IMG/VR virus record: IMGVR_UViG_3300043436_001089
DNA from: a virus
Lineage: Duplodnaviria; Heunggongvirae; Uroviricota; Caudoviricetes
Direction: 5' to 3' (one strand)
Length of the DNA stretch: 25,135 nt
This document shows, piece by piece, positions 22,323-25,135 of this stretch. Made by a program: the position numbers and the translations under genes. Within the stretch, counting starts at the first letter, position 1; each line of letters opens with the position of its first letter. A model generated the notes under the pieces. The model was not told the origin of the DNA. It ran no database searches and saw only the letters and a list, made by a program, of their open reading frames with translations.

Positions 22323-24587
22323 TTACTTTCCTAATCTATATTGCTGATTAACCATCTCTTGGTGAAGACTATCACTACCGCGCTGTAGGCCACGTAGAGT
22401 TCTTGCGTTATCAACATTCACTTGATTCTTGTAAATCTCTTTTGGTGCATAGAATGCTACATCAGGCATTGTTGCTGAATATGCTTGATATCCCGTAGGT
22501 TGTGTTGCCATTGAAGCAATATCTACCTTACCTGCTACCTCATTTGGTTGAACGTTTTTGTTTACTGCGTCTGTTTTTTGTTCTTGTGTAGTTGTATTCA
22601 ACATTATTGGGCGCTGTTCCATTGCATCATTTAATGGTGAACGTCCACCAATCTTAATACCCTCATTCTGTGGTATTTCTACATCAGGTTGTTTATTATT
22701 AAGTCCAGGTGGTGCTTGTAAACTGTACACATCAAACTGACCTTGTGTCATACTTGAAGATACCGACACACTAGGATCAGCAAATATACTCTGTGTTGCC
22801 GGGCGCAATCCACCTATGTTGACCACACTAGTTTGTGAAACACTTGCTACATTTACTACAGACAGTTGTGATTGACTATTGGCCACTGATGTTAATCCTG
22901 TGCCTGCGCTAGATTGTGACATGCTACTAGTAATGCTTTGCATAGTTAATGCACCAGCTACTGTTTCTGCTTGTTGCTGTGCGGATGTTGCAGATTGTGT
23001 GGCAGCAGATTCTGCAGCCTGCACAACAGCTTTTGTTTCATTGCCTATTCTAGCTTGGTTACTACTAATCATACTCATAACACTACTTAAACTAGGCCCC
23101 GATTTGCTGTTGCTATCACCGGCTGTTTTAACTTCACCTGCTTTGGGCTGGCTACTACCGCCACCTTGAGGAGGAGGTTGATTTGCAGGTGGATTACCAG
23201 AATTACTAGAAGCAGTTTGTGTTGCACCTGGTGGGGGCGGAGAACCGGGAGGGGGTGGTTGACTACCCGGTGGCGGCTCTGAGCCTGGTGGAGGAGGTTG
23301 ACTACCAGGAGGAGGCGGGGGTCGAGTAGGATCTTGTACTGGATCTTGCATCTGTGTACCATCAAATGCAATCGGTGATGTGTTATTTGATGAAGATAAT
23401 TGTTTAGCCATAGCAAATGCGTATCCTTTACAATTTGAACTGTGTAAAGGATTAGCCACACAAGGGTCAGCCGTGTAAATCATTGTTGCCCATGCACCTT
23501 CGATTGAAGAATTAGTACCTGATGCTGAACCTGTTATTCTTCCCATACCTAACATTGATTGATTCAAACTAGTAGGTAACAAAAACTTGTCGCTAACTGA
23601 ACCGCTGGTTCCTTCACCCGTGAAACTGTATGGCTTTGAATGTATAGACTGGTTGCTACTGTTAGTCAACGAAAAAGATGCATTTGCATACGCAGGTATG
23701 TTCATTGTCCAACTACACGAACCATCTTGATTCCAAGCAGTACATCCAGAAAAACCTTGTCCAACTCTCCAATTAAATCCATAGTTGAATCCATGTACAG
23801 TTGCTCCGACACCTGCATTCTGCAATGCGGTATTAATTGCAAACGCTTGATTTAGACTTGAACCACCTTTGGTTGAGTCTAATAAATTATTAGTGTTAAG
23901 TATATTACCAAAACCTGCACAAGTTGAACTATACGCAGGGTTAGTAGCGCAAGGATCTACCTTGTATTTCAAGTCAAAACTAACATTAATAATTTCTGGT
24001 CCATAGTTCCCAGCCCAGAAGTTGTTGTCTCTACCCACAAACCCCACTTGTGCTGTGCTTAGTGATGATGCTACATAAGGCGTTGCAAAAGTTTCAGAAA
24101 ATTTAAAATTAGTCCAGTTGTATAGTTGGTTAGTTGATGACGAGTAATCGTAATTTGCAATTTGATTACCACCTGAACCATACAACTTTACATACGCTGC
24201 CAAGTAGTCTTGTTGCCCACCATCCCAGCCGTTGCCGTTCTTAGCACTAAATCCAAAATTGAATCCACTTAATTGTACACCTGTTCCACCTGCTGCTAGT
24301 GCTTTGTTGATGTTGATAATCTGATTAAGGTCTGTCAGACCATAACTGAAGTTGATATTACCACCGTTAGTGATACTAGGATTGGGACCGCAGTTACCCG
24401 GCTCACCTGCGTAAAAGCACAGTTGATTAACATATACACCATTATTCCATGTGCTAGTTGTATCCGTGGGTGTAGTACCAGTATTGATTAAATTACCGGT
24501 AGTAGGATCTACAGTTTGACTATTAGAATAACTTATGGACAAGAACGCCAAGTAAAGCGCCAAGGCCAATTTTCTTAAAATTATCAT
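22323..24587 (-). CDS. large exported protein with signal peptide, two Cys-flanked domains and a polyproline linker (754 aa)
   Basis: MIILRKLALALYLAFLSISYSNS-Q signal-like N-terminus; AAGGT RBS; DPC..NP.....C.G[FY] twice; PPPPGS repeats. Confidence 0.8.
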   Translation of the reverse strand: MIILRKLALALYLAFLSISYSNSQTVDPTTGNLINTGTTPTDTTSTWNNGVYVNQLCFYAGEPGNCGPNPSITNGGNINFSYGLTDLNQIININKALAAGGTGVQLSGFNFGFSAKNGNGWDGGQQDYLAAYVKLYGSGGNQIANYDYSSSTNQLYNWTNFKFSETFATPYVASSLSTAQVGFVGRDNNFWAGNYGPEIINVSFDLKYKVDPCATNPAYSSTCAGFGNILNTNNLLDSTKGGSSLNQAFAINTALQNAGVGATVHGFNYGFNWRVGQGFSGCTAWNQDGSCSWTMNIPAYANASFSLTNSSNQSIHSKPYSFTGEGTSGSVSDKFLLPTSLNQSMLGMGRITGSASGTNSSIEGAWATMIYTADPCVANPLHSSNCKGYAFAMAKQLSSSNNTSPIAFDGTQMQDPVQDPTRPPPPPGSQPPPPGSEPPPGSQPPPPGSPPPPGATQTASSNSGNPPANQPPPQGGGSSQPKAGEVKTAGDSNSKSGPSLSSVMSMISSNQARIGNETKAVVQAAESAATQSATSAQQQAETVAGALTMQSITSSMSQSSAGTGLTSVANSQSQLSVVNVASVSQTSVVNIGGLRPATQSIFADPSVSVSSSMTQGQFDVYSLQAPPGLNNKQPDVEIPQNEGIKIGGRSPLNDAMEQRPIMLNTTTQEQKTDAVNKNVQPNEVAGKVDIASMATQPTGYQAYSATMPDVAFYAPKEIYKNQVNVDNARTLRGLQRGSDSLHQEMVNQQYRLGK
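23229..23327 (-). repeat. coding tandem repeat (PPPPGS[QE]), about 5 units; boundaries approximate
   Basis: PPPPPGSQPPPPGSEPPPPGSQPPPPGSPPPPG with synonymous divergence between units. Confidence 0.8.
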
Positions 24588-25135
24588 CTAGTTTTACCTT
24601 ATCTGCTGCCGGAATCTTGTCTGGATTAGCTTCCCAAGATGCTTTAGCTTGCTCACCGATCTTACCTTCGTATGGGCAAGGTGTGCCGGCTGCTAACATT
24701 GCGTCAAACACACGACGGTCTTGACACATAGTAGCAACTGCGGCTACCTTCATGCCCATGTCGTATAGAGTCTTTGAGAGTTTTAATCGTTCACAATTCA
24801 TATCTCTGACTGTGCCACCTGAACTTACACCAAACACTTGTGTCTGAACTGATCCTGAACTACCAGTACTACATAAATCTGCGTTACCACCTGATAACAT
24901 AGCAGGAGCTACCGCAGTTGGCGGAGGCTGAATAACTCGTTGAGTAATAGTGCTTTCGTTTATGTTACGGTTGGTCATATCACCACTGTTAATGTTTTGA
25001 TTAACGTTGGCATTTTGATTAACGTTTGTGTTAGCACTGGTACTTGTACTTGAACTAGTGTTAATATTGCGGTTAGTCATGTCACCTGTATTAACGTTAT
25101 TGTTGGTATTAGTGCTGGTACTAACGTTGTTGTTA
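24523..25135 (-). CDS. 5'-truncated protein: Asn/Thr/Ser repeats, Cys-containing domain, C-terminal hydrophobic tail
   Basis: frame is open to the window edge; GDMTNRNIN repeats; QPPPTAVAP..DLC...NCERLKLSKTLYDMGMKVAAV..CQD...GTPCP; ends KKIGLGALLGVLVHKLF. Confidence 0.8.
   Translation of the reverse strand, partial: NNNVSTSTNTNNNVNTGDMTNRNINTSSSTSTSANTNVNQNANVNQNINSGDMTNRNINESTITQRVIQPPPTAVAPAMLSGGNADLCSTGSSGSVQTQVFGVSSGGTVRDMNCERLKLSKTLYDMGMKVAAVATMCQDRRVFDAMLAAGTPCPYEGKIGEQAKASWEANPDKIPAADKVKLDDNFKKIGLGALLGVLVHKLF

Noticed and set aside
14502-23855. + strand ORFs opposite the - block (e.g. 15429-15965, 16170-16577, 21572-21892, 22879-23169)
   Set aside because: They are antisense read-outs of low-complexity Gly/Thr/Asn or coiled-coil codons, with no independent signals.
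1-25135. Stop-codon reassignment as seen in some large phages
   Set aside because: Genes are full length under code 11, and TAA, TGA and TAG all terminate genes at sensible boundaries.
1-25135. tRNA/rRNA genes, introns, inteins, homing endonucleases
   Set aside because: No cloverleaf or T-loop signature was seen in the short intergenic gaps; NAMPT, NadM-Nudix and the AAA ATPase show no obvious insertions. This was checked by eye only.

Overview
This window looks like part of a large lytic dsDNA phage genome (T4-like or jumbo myovirus style, standard genetic code, sigma70-using host). No tRNA, rRNA, CRISPR array, integrase or transposase was recognised. Bases 1-13346 are + strand early/middle genes: rIIA/rIIB, an NAD salvage module (NadM-Nudix, macrodomain, NAMPT), an AAA+ ATPase and many small ORFs. 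These are driven by a family of near-consensus sigma70 promoter/RBS cassettes (TTGACA-17-TAyAAT/TATACT). A bidirectional terminator at 13330-13358 separates them from a - strand block: two Gly/Asn/Thr-rich virion/tail proteins, ErpA/IscA, two SGNH-like paralogs, IF-1, an AbrB-like protein, a HAD 5'-nucleotidase, a possible sulfotransferase-fold protein, and a four-gene membrane/exported cluster cut by the right edge. The strongest unexplained signals are non-coding: (i) a covarying ATAGA-loop hairpin plus an SD-sequestering hairpin in both NAD-salvage leaders; (ii) a ~60-nt repeated expression cassette, with six promoter -35 boxes doubling as upstream stop codons; (iii) a 101-nt ungapped repeat ahead of two promoters; (iv) a T4-late-type RBS-occluding hairpin before the virion genes. 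All functional calls come from motif recognition by eye, with no database searches.
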